A DNA stretch of 64,000 bases from Nemertoderma westbladi (taxonomy: Eukaryota; Animalia; Xenacoelomorpha), in the NCBI GenBank assembly GCA_032718475.1, contig JAUCBJ010006410.1, positions 1 to 64,000 on the forward strand, given 5' to 3'. Of this stretch, positions 11,711 through 21,320 are shown one piece after another. The translations under genes and the position numbers were made by a program. Positions within the stretch are counted from its first letter, which is position 1; each line of letters begins with the position of its first letter. The notes under the pieces were generated by a model. The model had not been told where the DNA came from. It saw nothing but the letters and a program-made list of their open reading frames with translations, and made no database searches.

Positions 11711-12280
11711 GACAATTTGTAGGCTGGACTGTTGTCTGACTGTTGTTAAGTCTGAAGAGACTGTAGTGTGTGTAGAGCGTATGTCCGAAAAAGTACTAGT
11801 TAGGAAAGTAGGGGCTGCCAGTGCTGTGAGGTGAACCCCCTCGAAAGAATAAGTCGTACTACTCGGTTAGAATGCATACTAACTAACCATTTCGGAGTCT
11901 GCATATACTGTAGTGTATTTAGGCTTGATAGTAGTCTGCCAGCGTTTGGTCTGTACTTTGTTTGTGTAGTTTGTACGGGTAGCGTAATATTTCTTATTTA
12001 GATAATTTGTAGGCTGGATTTTGTCTGGCTGTTGTTAGGTCTGAAGAGATTTCGGTGTGTGTAGAGTGTATGTCCGATAAAGTGCCAGTTGGGAACGTAG
12101 GGGCTTCCAGAGCTGTGAGGTAAACCCCCTCGAAAGAATAAGTCGTACTACTGGATTAGAACGCATACTAACTAACCATTTCGGAGTCTGCATATACCGT
12201 AGTTTGTTTAGGCTTGATAGTAGTCTGTCAGTATTTGGTCTGCATTTTGTTTGAGTAGTCTGTACGCGTAGCGTAATATT
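11711..12280 (+). ncRNA. Tandem pair of ~285-nt units (period 290) in the LTR-element leader, each predicted to fold as a rod-like RNA
   Basis: Direct repeat 11711-11991 / 12001-12280; long G-U-rich stems with compensatory changes between the copies. Confidence 0.55.
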
Positions 12281-13227
12281 AATTATTCAGAGTTTATGCG
12301 ATTATTCGCAACATTCATATCCCCAAGTTTATTCCTACAGTAATTGTGCTTGTTATATATACCGTTATAGTTAAACTAACCCCGGTACTACATCAGGGCT
12401 GCTTGGCGTAGGTAAAGACTGGTGATTTTGTGCCCCGGTCACTCCAGCAGATACCATGGTTCTTTTAGCTGTTCAAGTATTTTTAACTACTGATTATTTG
12501 TTGTATAAGTACTTGTACCTAATTTAGGGTTTAGTGTACAGTGCTTTCCGAAGGTAATTAGTATGTAGGCAGTATATTTGTGTTGTAAAGTGGTTAATAG
12601 GCACGTTGGTTCTGGTAGACCGCGGTAATTAACTTCTAGGTAGGAACACTCCGTGATACATAACGTAGTACTTATAGCGATACGGCTATAAGTCGTCAGA
12701 CGGTGGTATTTTCCTATCTGGACAACGCAGTGTATTTACTACTACTTATTATTTTCAAATACCGTAGTACCCTGTTCGTTGTAATAACCAGATATTCTAA
12801 CCCTTTGTTAGGCTGGTTAGTAAACTTCTTGTAAAATTACCCTAAAAATTCGTACGTGTAATTTTTGTGTTTATTTAGAGATTGTAATCTCACCCCGAAT
12901 TGTACGTAATTTGTAGTATTAAGTAACTTAGGTAAATTAGAATTATTTGTTTTAGTGTCCCACAAGTAGCACTTCACTGAGAGCGCACAGCTTCTGTGTA
13001 GTGACTCCCCCAGAAATAATAACATTTATTTCAAATATTGACAAAACCCATTTTAACGGGTATATATATTATAAATCAACTCAAACGATTTATAAATAGT
13101 AGGCCTGCCATACAACAATTAGGTCTCAATATCAGTTGGACTACTGCTCAAATAACGGTAATAAAGTAAGTTAAAGTAACCAAGTAACCCCAAAAATTTC
13201 AGAAATTCAATTATTTAAAATAATTGA

Positions 13228-13480
13228 CATACCGGTATTCGCGATAGGCTTATTATATTTATTTCTATAAATTTAGGCTAAATTATATACCGGTATTCTG
13301 TGATTAATTCTAGTCTGCAATTATACTTATATATATATACTATAAGTGTAAGCTGTATACCGGTATTCACGATAGGCCTATTATATATTTATATATATTT
13401 GTGCTGAAATTACATACCGGTATTCTGTGACAAACCTAGTCTGTAATAATACTTATATATACTACAAGCACACCGGTATT
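13228..13480. repeat. Repeated (AT)ACCGGTATTC motif (5x) in a ~125-bp duplication upstream of the gag-like ORF
   Basis: Motif at ~13228, 13287, 13357, 13414, 13472. Confidence 0.6.
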
Positions 13481-13618
13481 CTAATATATTATATATATAT
13501 ATCAAGTTACATTTAGTGACGATATCGGTAATTAATTACTAGGCTATCAGTTGATACTGAATTACTAGATTTGCTTTAACTGTAACATAGCAGTAGACAT
13601 TCAACTGTGCAAACAAAC

Positions 13619-15772
13619 ATGTCTGACACAAAGCAAAACCTGTCAGACAGTCTCTTAGATACAACCATCTGTGACCCAGACAGGAGTGTGGAACATGTGA
13701 GACCGAAGTTCAACTCACCTCCTACTGTAAGAAAGATCATTCCCCCAGTAGTAATATCAGAACCTAGGCTGGTCCAACACCGTAGGTCTGTCATAGGCAC
13801 TAGAGCTCAGGTCAAGCGGGACCAAGAAGCAGCGGAACAGCAACCACCCGCGAGCCGAGAACTTATTTCTCAGCGGCCCGACAGCTCGAGTAGTGCGGAT
13901 ACTGTAGAGCTGACACCCGAGCACGGAGCAAAGATGACAGATGCGGTTTATTCGGATCCCCTTCTCATCCTTCCTGCAGCCGTACTCACTAGGTTATTGA
14001 TTGCGGTGGAGGAACACCAGATTGATTGGGCGAGAAGTAAGCGATCGACTAAGGATAGTTATGCGGGATACTCAAGGGAAGAACTGAAGTCTATTGTCGA
14101 GTCGCAATGGAACTTCCCCGGACCCGGACTCCCGTTTGATTTATCGGAAGCTGCCTGGGAAGACATACACAGGATGGGAGTAACCAAGGAAACCATCGAT
14201 CCAGCTGTGTGGAAGAGGTCCGCAGCCGGATACGTACAGGGATTCTTCAGCTCCATGGGGCGATTAGAAGAACAATTGTTTGGACAACCACAAGGACCTC
14301 AAGAGCAGGGAGATCTGCTTTATCAAGTTCGAGAAAGAATTCTAAGAATCAGACTAATCCTATCGGCCTTTGAGGAGGCTTCAAAAAGAAGACAAGACAC
14401 GTCGTTGCAAGTTGCCGTAAAGATTTGGTTACAGCGGGTGAGTCTCCAAGTTCAAAGAACTGCCCCTTGGAAATCTCAGTTATCTGAGCGCTCAACCCAT
14501 GAAGAATCCACAGACGCTACATTTTCCCAAGTGGAAAGTGAAGCGACGGTAGAGAAGCCGCATAAGAGGGATGCTATTGATATCTATCTGTCGGACTATC
14601 AACGTTTTGTAGGAAATGAAGAGTTGAGGAGAAGGTTAGATGGACTTAGCCCTAACAGTGAAGGAGCCAAGCTTGTGTTGGACGCAATCGATGTGGATAT
14701 GAGAGCTGCGAACCAAGCTGAATTTGATGAACGCCTCCGCATCACTAGAGTCCAAGAAGAACAAGTAAAGAAAAAACGTATAGAAGACAGAAAGATAGCA
14801 GCAGCGGCAGCAGCGGAGGCAGAAGCAGAAAGAAAAGCAGCAGCGGTAGTAGTAGAAGCAGAAAGAAAAGCGGCAGAAGTGGAAAGAAAAGCGGCAGAAG
14901 CAGAAAGAAAAGCAGCAGCGGCAGTAGTAGAAGCAGAAAGAAAAGCGGCAGAAGTGGAAAGAAAAGCGGCAGCGGCAGCAGTAGAAGGAGAAAGAAAAGC
15001 GGCAGCGGCAGCAGTAGAAGCAGAAAGAAAGCGAGCAGTGGCAGAAGCAGAACGAAGAGCAGCTGAAGAGACCACCCAACTGGAGTTGGAGGATATTCAG
15101 GAGAGTCGGGACTGCATAAATAAACAGTTAACAGCTAGTCAAATGCAGATGATGAGTCGATCTACTCCCAAGAGACAGGGTTTTACATCATCAGATGAGG
15201 GCGATACAACAGATCCTGAAGGCGGAGGAAATCGATCTCGTCTCAGCAGACGTCGAAGAATGTCCCAACGTCAGAAATTGCCGGATTTGCCCCCAACTGT
15301 TCGAAAACAACTAGCTAGCACAGACTTAGGTAGTACAGAACCCCTAGACCAAATTATTAAAATAGACAGACTCCCTACTATAGTAGATGAGCCTGAAATA
15401 ATTAGGCCTGTTCTCGAAGCCACCACTTTGGTGATAGAGACACCTGTACTCCCAAAACCTACCTCTAGATTCCCTTTGCATAGCACTAAGCTACCTGTGC
15501 CCAGCAGAACAGCCCAAGAGACAGTTCATGTCCTGGACTCCGAGCGAAATATTAATGATTTGTCGCCCGTTGTCCCTCGTCCGCCCGCTACAATGTTGGC
15601 GGCTCCCGCTTCGGCGGTCGAGTGGGTGGATGAGAGACGGCGGGGGATGGATCTCCTGCTCGGGCAGATGCAGGAGACTGTTAAGCAGTTCAAGGGCACA
15701 GTAAGGGAAAGTAGGTTAGAGTTGCAAGAAGTGCAGCAAAGTATCGCATTAGAACGCGATAAACTTACGTGA
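13619..15772 (+). CDS. Gag-region ORF of the BEL/Pao element (coiled coil, AAAAVEAERK repeats), truncated by an internal deletion
   Basis: Long ORF in the gag position (first ATG 13619), directly followed by an integrase fragment in another frame. No clear domain recognised. Confidence 0.55.
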   Translation: MSDTKQNLSDSLLDTTICDPDRSVEHVRPKFNSPPTVRKIIPPVVISEPRLVQHRRSVIGTRAQVKRDQEAAEQQPPASRELISQRPDSSSSADTVELTPEHGAKMTDAVYSDPLLILPAAVLTRLLIAVEEHQIDWARSKRSTKDSYAGYSREELKSIVESQWNFPGPGLPFDLSEAAWEDIHRMGVTKETIDPAVWKRSAAGYVQGFFSSMGRLEEQLFGQPQGPQEQGDLLYQVRERILRIRLILSAFEEASKRRQDTSLQVAVKIWLQRVSLQVQRTAPWKSQLSERSTHEESTDATFSQVESEATVEKPHKRDAIDIYLSDYQRFVGNEELRRRLDGLSPNSEGAKLVLDAIDVDMRAANQAEFDERLRITRVQEEQVKKKRIEDRKIAAAAAAEAEAERKAAAVVVEAERKAAEVERKAAEAERKAAAAVVEAERKAAEVERKAAAAAVEGERKAAAAAVEAERKRAVAEAERRAAEETTQLELEDIQESRDCINKQLTASQMQMMSRSTPKRQGFTSSDEGDTTDPEGGGNRSRLSRRRRMSQRQKLPDLPPTVRKQLASTDLGSTEPLDQIIKIDRLPTIVDEPEIIRPVLEATTLVIETPVLPKPTSRFPLHSTKLPVPSRTAQETVHVLDSERNINDLSPVVPRPPATMLAAPASAVEWVDERRRGMDLLLGQMQETVKQFKGTVRESRLELQEVQQSIALERDKLT

Positions 15773-16557
15773 ATACTTACGATAAAGCTTACGTCAAAGA
15801 TTGGAACCAAAGACAGGTGGACGATCAGCTACGAGTAACAGCGTCTAGCTGGACCTTCAACGCCGCCGACGCCCCTTGGTGGGGAGGAAGTTGGGAGAGA
15901 TTAATAAGAAGTGTGAAGACCGCATTTCACTTTATAGTGCCGTGCCGCGCGTATCTCACCGACGAACTTTTGCGGATGTTAATGGAGGAAATCGCCGCCT
16001 ATCTCAACGAGAGACCGCTTATGCCAATCTCATCGAGTCCCAATTCCCTGGAAGCGCTAACACCCGCGCACTTCCTACTGAAGAAACCTGTAGCCATGCT
16101 CCCACAATCGGAAATCACAGACGGAGACGAATACTGCCGGCAAACTTGGCAACTCATGCAATTGTTATCCCGTCGTTTCGCTGACCATTTCGAAAAACAC
16201 TATCTGCCCACGCTACAACTTCGAACGAAGTGGTTTGCGCAGCAAGAAAACGTCAGCGCTGGAGACATGGTCCTTATTGTGGATGCAGATCTTCCACGTA
16301 AGCGGTGGCAGACAGGTCGTATCATCGAGACTCACATCTCGGATGACGGTTTGGTGCGATCGGTAGAACTCGTCGTCATGCGACGTAACTTCAAGAAACC
16401 GGGAATTGTCTTCGAGACACAACAGCTCAATCGCCCAGTTGGTCGCTTATGTTTACTGGAAAGAGACAGAGAACTCTCCGGAAACTATGGAAGACAAGAT
16501 ACTCTTCCCACGACCACCTCCCTAATCCAACAAACATCTAGGGACTCCCCAGCTTAG
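15769..16557 (+). pseudogene. BEL/Pao integrase C-terminal part (end of catalytic core plus DUF5641-like domain)
   Basis: APWWGGSWERLIRSVK, LNERPL, ALTPAHFL, YLPTLQLRTKW, GDMVLI, W.TGRI, DGLVRSV, RPVGRLCLL are characteristic of Pao-family integrases. Confidence 0.92.
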
Positions 16558-17108
16558 TAGCGTATGGAGTGGGTGTGTGACCAGATTATTTTATATTCTT
16601 ATCATTTTATATTTATGTATATATTATTATGTAATTTTATTATAATCGTTTTCTTTAATTTTATTTAGCAGAATGTTATTTTAGCGATTATTTAGTAGAT
16701 TAGTGCAATATATATTCGCGTTCATTACTTAATTACTTATATATTATATATTTAGTGCGACGGCGAGAAATAATTCTTTTTCTCCTTCCTTACTGTCCGT
16801 ATTACATTACAAATACGTAACTACAGTAAGATGAAATATCCGTACTTATTAAAGTACAATAAAGCTCCTACTATATTCAAGTATTATTGGTAAGTAGAGT
16901 ATTAGGAATGCAAAATTCAGATCCTTGTGTCTCGGCTAAACCAAGCTCTGGGTAGACCTTGGAAACGACTTGCCTCTTCTCACTGACATTGCTTCGTGCG
17001 ATATTGCTCTCATACCGTATATTAAATAATACATATAGTAGCGTGATGTCCCTTTAACAGTAGCGTATAACGCAAAATAAATCTGTTAAACCCTTTGACC
17101 ATCTGCAA

Positions 17109-17380
17109 TTCTAGTCGATTAAGATATCGCGGCACCCACCGATATGCTTGAAAGACCAAATTCTAGAATCAGTGGTTAACGTCCCCAGACATGTTCTGGA
17201 ATAAACTGGTGCCCATCCTAAATATTAATTATTAATATTTACAAAATCTGTCGAATTTTAGATCCTTTAAAATTCTAGTCGATTAAGATATCGTAGCACT
17301 TACCGATACTCTTAAAAAGACAAAATTCCTAGAATCAAGGATCCCAGTCCCCAGACACGTTCTGGAATAAAATTGTGTCT
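17109..17380 (+). repeat. Imperfect duplication (period ~163 bp) with hairpin potential
   Basis: TTCTAGTCGATTAAGATATCG...CTAGAA...GTCCCCAGACA.GTTCTGGAATAAA at ~17109 and ~17273. Confidence 0.7.
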
Positions 17381-17690
17381 ATTTAACATTAAATAATAAA
17401 ATTTACGGGAATAAATTTAAATTCATATATTTCAATGAATTTAATAAATTGTCATTTTTATACAATTTATAACATTCCCAAAATTCCATTAATAAATAGA
17501 TCATGGGAGCGGAGATTCACTCTATTAAGCGTATTTGTGTGCGAGAATCTCCAATATATAGTCAATAGCCGATAAAATTCATAAAATCATGTATAGAGAG
17601 GATATTGACCATTAAAGAATTACTATTAAATAGCATCCCAGATCTGTATGCATGAGAATTACCCTAATTCTACCGCTAGCTTTCCATAAT

Positions 17691-17704
17691 GTCACCATGG
17701 CAAC
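17691..17704. promoter_or_regulatory. RFX X-box-like motif inside the LTR element
   Basis: GTCACCATGGCAAC fits GTHNYY-AT-RRNAAC; ~490 bp upstream of the cargo ATG. Confidence 0.3.
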
Positions 17705-18004
17705 AACCACGCTAGAATTAGAAGTGAGTTAAAAGAACAATAGAAAGCTTGCCCCATTGAAAAGCATAGGGAATAAATAGCGCACTGCTAGTATCCAAGG
17801 ATACATAATAAATAAAGTGATATTCTGGAAGGTACTGACTAACGGACAAATGGCCCGAATATGTACAGTTTGTGGCAGTTGTGTTGAATTTGTGCGTTCA
17901 TAGGTGAATGTTACTGCTAAAGTGTGTTTACAGTAGCTAGTCGCAATTGTGAAAGTAGCCCTAACTCTCCAGAAAGAACCTGAAGTACATCTAAGCCTTT
18001 GGGA

Positions 18005-18151
18005 CGGACAGTGGAGTGACTTGTGCCGGTTATCGTTGTCGTTGTGTAGCTACATCGTTGGCGAAAGCACAGCGACGATGGTACATCGGCGCTGAGGATC
18101 TTGCACTGTCCGGGGGCAAAAGAGGGGTAGGCAGCGACGCCCGCTAGCCTA
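18005..18151 (+). ncRNA. GC-rich structured RNA element immediately upstream of the cargo ORF
   Basis: Nested stems 18005-18013/18104-18112, 18023-18029/18086-18092 and 18031-18047/18067-18083 (17 bp, 5 G-U), plus hairpin 18128-18151. Confidence 0.55.
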
Positions 18152-18192
18152 ATATATAAACTCATTATAATATTGATAAACTCATAGCAGAT

Positions 18193-18729
18193 ATGACTGA
18201 GTTGATAGAAGATGATCTTGGTATCAGGGAGCGATATACTCTACCTTTACAAGCGTTTGTCGATAGCTTGATACGCGGCGATGCTGGCCCAACTACTACG
18301 GAGGATGATGGTCGTTATATCGAACCGCCAATGTCCCAGGAGCAACTTACGCGTGAATTGGACTATCGAAAGTTCACCGCTCGCTATACGCATCGTAATG
18401 GTACGTATATGGACTTCTTAACTACTGGCCATCCTATCGATTTACACTATACGGACGACGTAGACACCGAAAGGGAAATGGTTTTATTTAAATATCATAC
18501 CCAGCGGAGTCGGAACGATAAACCGAGAATAGAACACGAGAACTCTATTCGAAACAGACTCGAAAGGGAAGACGTTGAAGAGCCGGATAGACGCAGCGAC
18601 TTCAACAATTATCTGGAATTCCTGAGAGAGACATATCTCAATATTGCCAGCCAACAAAATCTCGAAACTCGATATCCTCAAGGTATACATCATGATCCTA
18701 TGATAGAACTCAAACGTTTTCACGTTTGA
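18193..18729 (+). CDS. Cargo ORF part 1, unknown function (probably the N-terminus of one long cargo protein)
   Basis: ATG-initiated 178-aa ORF overlapping the next ORF in the -1 frame (that frame is open from 18696). Confidence 0.55.
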   Translation: MTELIEDDLGIRERYTLPLQAFVDSLIRGDAGPTTTEDDGRYIEPPMSQEQLTRELDYRKFTARYTHRNGTYMDFLTTGHPIDLHYTDDVDTEREMVLFKYHTQRSRNDKPRIEHENSIRNRLEREDVEEPDRRSDFNNYLEFLRETYLNIASQQNLETRYPQGIHHDPMIELKRFHV

Positions 18730-21299
18730 ACTATTTCTATTTCACTATGATGTATCTTACCGCCGATCGACCACTACCTGTCGTCCCAGATAGCTTCGAA
18801 CAGATGGAGGAATATTGTAAAACTGGAGAACGATCATCCGCGTTTCCCCTGCAGGACGTGCGCCTTTGGTATTACTGCGACGAATGCCCTAGACCCAATC
18901 AGCAAACGGAAAGACATAAACATCCGCGGAGACGTTGCGCTAAACACAGTTTTACACGATATACTTATGGGAGTTTCGAGCGAAACCTATTCGACGTATC
19001 ACCTACGGTCGCTCAGCTCAAACAATCCTTGAATAAACCAATGATCAGAGTTCCGGAATACTCGGTCAGACCTCCTCATTCCTCAGTTAGACCTCAGACT
19101 CTTGATCCTAATAGTATCACGGATCCTCCCGAACTGTACTCACTGTTCAAAGATCTAGTGTTACCCGAACAGTTGATCGGTGGCACTCCGGTAGTAGGCT
19201 CACTAGATATTCGCCAACCCTACCTAGCTGGATTGGGACACGGTCATCTAATATCGCCGTTTAACCCATACAACCGTCCCGGCTTCACCTCGATCCAACC
19301 CATTACGGAAGTCGAAGAGAGCGTCGTACGAAACGCATTAGACGCTATTCGGCAGAAAATCGGAAAGGGAACTTACGATTGTTTGGAGAAACGTAAATTG
19401 CAGCAACAAGTCCAAGCGGTGAATGAATTAGCTTTACCCCAGTTCGATAGAGAAATACAAAATCTCGAGGAGGACATCGAACGTGGACGAACCTACTCTT
19501 TACAAGAGTTCCTAGATGAGCGTCTACAACAACAAGCGGAGGATAATCAGCTCGAGGAAAGACATATAGAACTAGATGAGAGAGAAGAAGCAGCTTTAGC
19601 CCAACCCGAAGCTCAAATCCTTATGACGGATCTCTACTCTAAAACCATCCTTCATCCCTCGATGGTTCCCCATTTCGGAGACAAACTCTTTGCGACGGTA
19701 CAACCCCAACCGGTTGATATCAACCTAAGATCTCGAGATCTTATCGCTGACGCTCCCATGTTGCAACGTCCGCCCATCGAAGCCGCTCGTGTCGATGGTA
19801 TACTCGTTGAACCTCCGGACAATAGAGCGGATCTTGTCCGTCGCATGGTACACGATGTAAACATACGCGCTAGACCTTTACCGGACTCGTTTTATGGGAT
19901 CAAAGATCACTCTTATTACGTCAATCTAACACAATATTACATGGTAAAACCAGAAGATCCTACACATAGTCTGAGGTTTCTACCACTCATAAATCCTCTC
20001 GATCTTGTCGAACTCGAACAACTGCTGAAACATCTGGATCAGTTAGTTAAAATAAACTCATTTCGAAAACCATATAATGTTTCCAGAATAGAGAAAGAAA
20101 CAATACCTCCGTATAATCTTGATGGATTCATCAAAACTCGATTAGTACACTGGAATCTTGACGTGTTATTCGAGGAGGAAAGAATACAACGATATGGAGA
20201 TGTGGAAACATATACCACACAATATTTAAAGTATAGAGATCTACCTAATGCAAGCGAATGCGCTACCTTGTGGCATCCAGTGGGAATGACCCTCGAAAAC
20301 GCCACTAAAGAGTGGAACGAAACTCTTAACGTTATCGAGATGTATGGATTTGTCACTTACGATAACGAAGGTAGCATTCCGGTTGGAGAACTGGGAACTA
20401 CGCGGATGATACACATACGAGGACTCGCTGGTTCTACCCACGTATTTACTCGAGCGTGTTCCGATGTGATTGATTATTCTTTTGAAACTCTTACTGAGAC
20501 ACAAAAGAAACTCCGACATGGACAATTCGAACTCGCGCAGCGTTACGTCACCGACACCGAGCGCAAACCGGCCATGGGTATCGATGGATCGATGTTACCC
20601 CAGCCCGTGCTCGAGATGTTGTTTAACGAAAGAATCCTTAAAATCGGCTCAGCTGTTTATGGAGACCTACAAAACGACTTTCGGAATATGGAGAACATTC
20701 CATACCCTTTCGTTGATACTCAGCTGATTGCTCCCTGGGCAGAAGGCCGAGGTTTCTTCCGCACTATGTATGCCAATACACCCAGCGGCATTACTAAAGT
20801 ACAACGAACCTCCATCGGACATCTTGCCTTTCAAGAATACGGATGGAATTTCAAGGTTGGAAATCCTATCAATTACCGACAAGTATATGGAGATCATTAT
20901 TCTCGTTTATACTTTGATGGACCATTGACCGCACCTGGCGCCGTGTATAGCTTTATGAGTGTTCCACTTCGTCCCTCCTTAGCTATATACACGATCTTTG
21001 AAAACGCAGCACTTGCCGGTTGGCTAGCCGATGTGTGCAGTCGTACCATACGCGCCCATCCCTTAATACTTGGAACCAAACTCGCCAAGTTAGATGAACA
21101 CAATAAATTCATCCGCTTCGAATGTTTCAGGCGCTTTCTGACTCCGTTCCGTAACGTTGATAGTCAGTTCAAAGACCGCGCTCTGACCAAACTCAGCCTA
21201 AGAGACTCAGCTGCGGAGAAGCTAAACAGCGCGGGATTTGCCCTCTTTCAGGACGTTTGTATACAGAACTTACATTCATCTGTTATACAAAGACCCTGA
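18726..21299 (+). CDS. Cargo ORF part 2: Cys/His motif, coiled coil and DEDDy (WRN/EXD/RNase D-like) 3'-5' exonuclease domain
   Basis: ExoI-like FVTYDNEG (D at 20361); LPQPVLEMLFNERILKIGSAVYGDL (cf. WRN [25 protein letters not shown]); FVDTQ; SIGHLA; ExoIII-like PL....IYTIFE. Confidence 0.75.
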   Translation: MNYFYFTMMYLTADRPLPVVPDSFEQMEEYCKTGERSSAFPLQDVRLWYYCDECPRPNQQTERHKHPRRRCAKHSFTRYTYGSFERNLFDVSPTVAQLKQSLNKPMIRVPEYSVRPPHSSVRPQTLDPNSITDPPELYSLFKDLVLPEQLIGGTPVVGSLDIRQPYLAGLGHGHLISPFNPYNRPGFTSIQPITEVEESVVRNALDAIRQKIGKGTYDCLEKRKLQQQVQAVNELALPQFDREIQNLEEDIERGRTYSLQEFLDERLQQQAEDNQLEERHIELDEREEAALAQPEAQILMTDLYSKTILHPSMVPHFGDKLFATVQPQPVDINLRSRDLIADAPMLQRPPIEAARVDGILVEPPDNRADLVRRMVHDVNIRARPLPDSFYGIKDHSYYVNLTQYYMVKPEDPTHSLRFLPLINPLDLVELEQLLKHLDQLVKINSFRKPYNVSRIEKETIPPYNLDGFIKTRLVHWNLDVLFEEERIQRYGDVETYTTQYLKYRDLPNASECATLWHPVGMTLENATKEWNETLNVIEMYGFVTYDNEGSIPVGELGTTRMIHIRGLAGSTHVFTRACSDVIDYSFETLTETQKKLRHGQFELAQRYVTDTERKPAMGIDGSMLPQPVLEMLFNERILKIGSAVYGDLQNDFRNMENIPYPFVDTQLIAPWAEGRGFFRTMYANTPSGITKVQRTSIGHLAFQEYGWNFKVGNPINYRQVYGDHYSRLYFDGPLTAPGAVYSFMSVPLRPSLAIYTIFENAALAGWLADVCSRTIRAHPLILGTKLAKLDEHNKFIRFECFRRFLTPFRNVDSQFKDRALTKLSLRDSAAEKLNSAGFALFQDVCIQNLHSSVIQRP

Positions 21300-21320
21300 A
21301 TACCCACAGGTTATTCTGTC

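Noticed and set aside
11820-11862. CTGTGAGG...CCTCGAAAGAATAAGTC as a canonical hammerhead (also at ~12112)
   Set aside because: The core lacks one nucleotide of CUGANGA and stem III cannot form; kept only as part of the larger structured unit.
14599-15079. Ala/Ser-rich and Cys/Phe-rich antisense ORFs
   Set aside because: Shadows of the coding minisatellite in the gag-like ORF.
18726-21299. Envelope glycoprotein in the env position
   Set aside because: No signal peptide, transmembrane segment or fusion-protein features; exonuclease motifs fit better.
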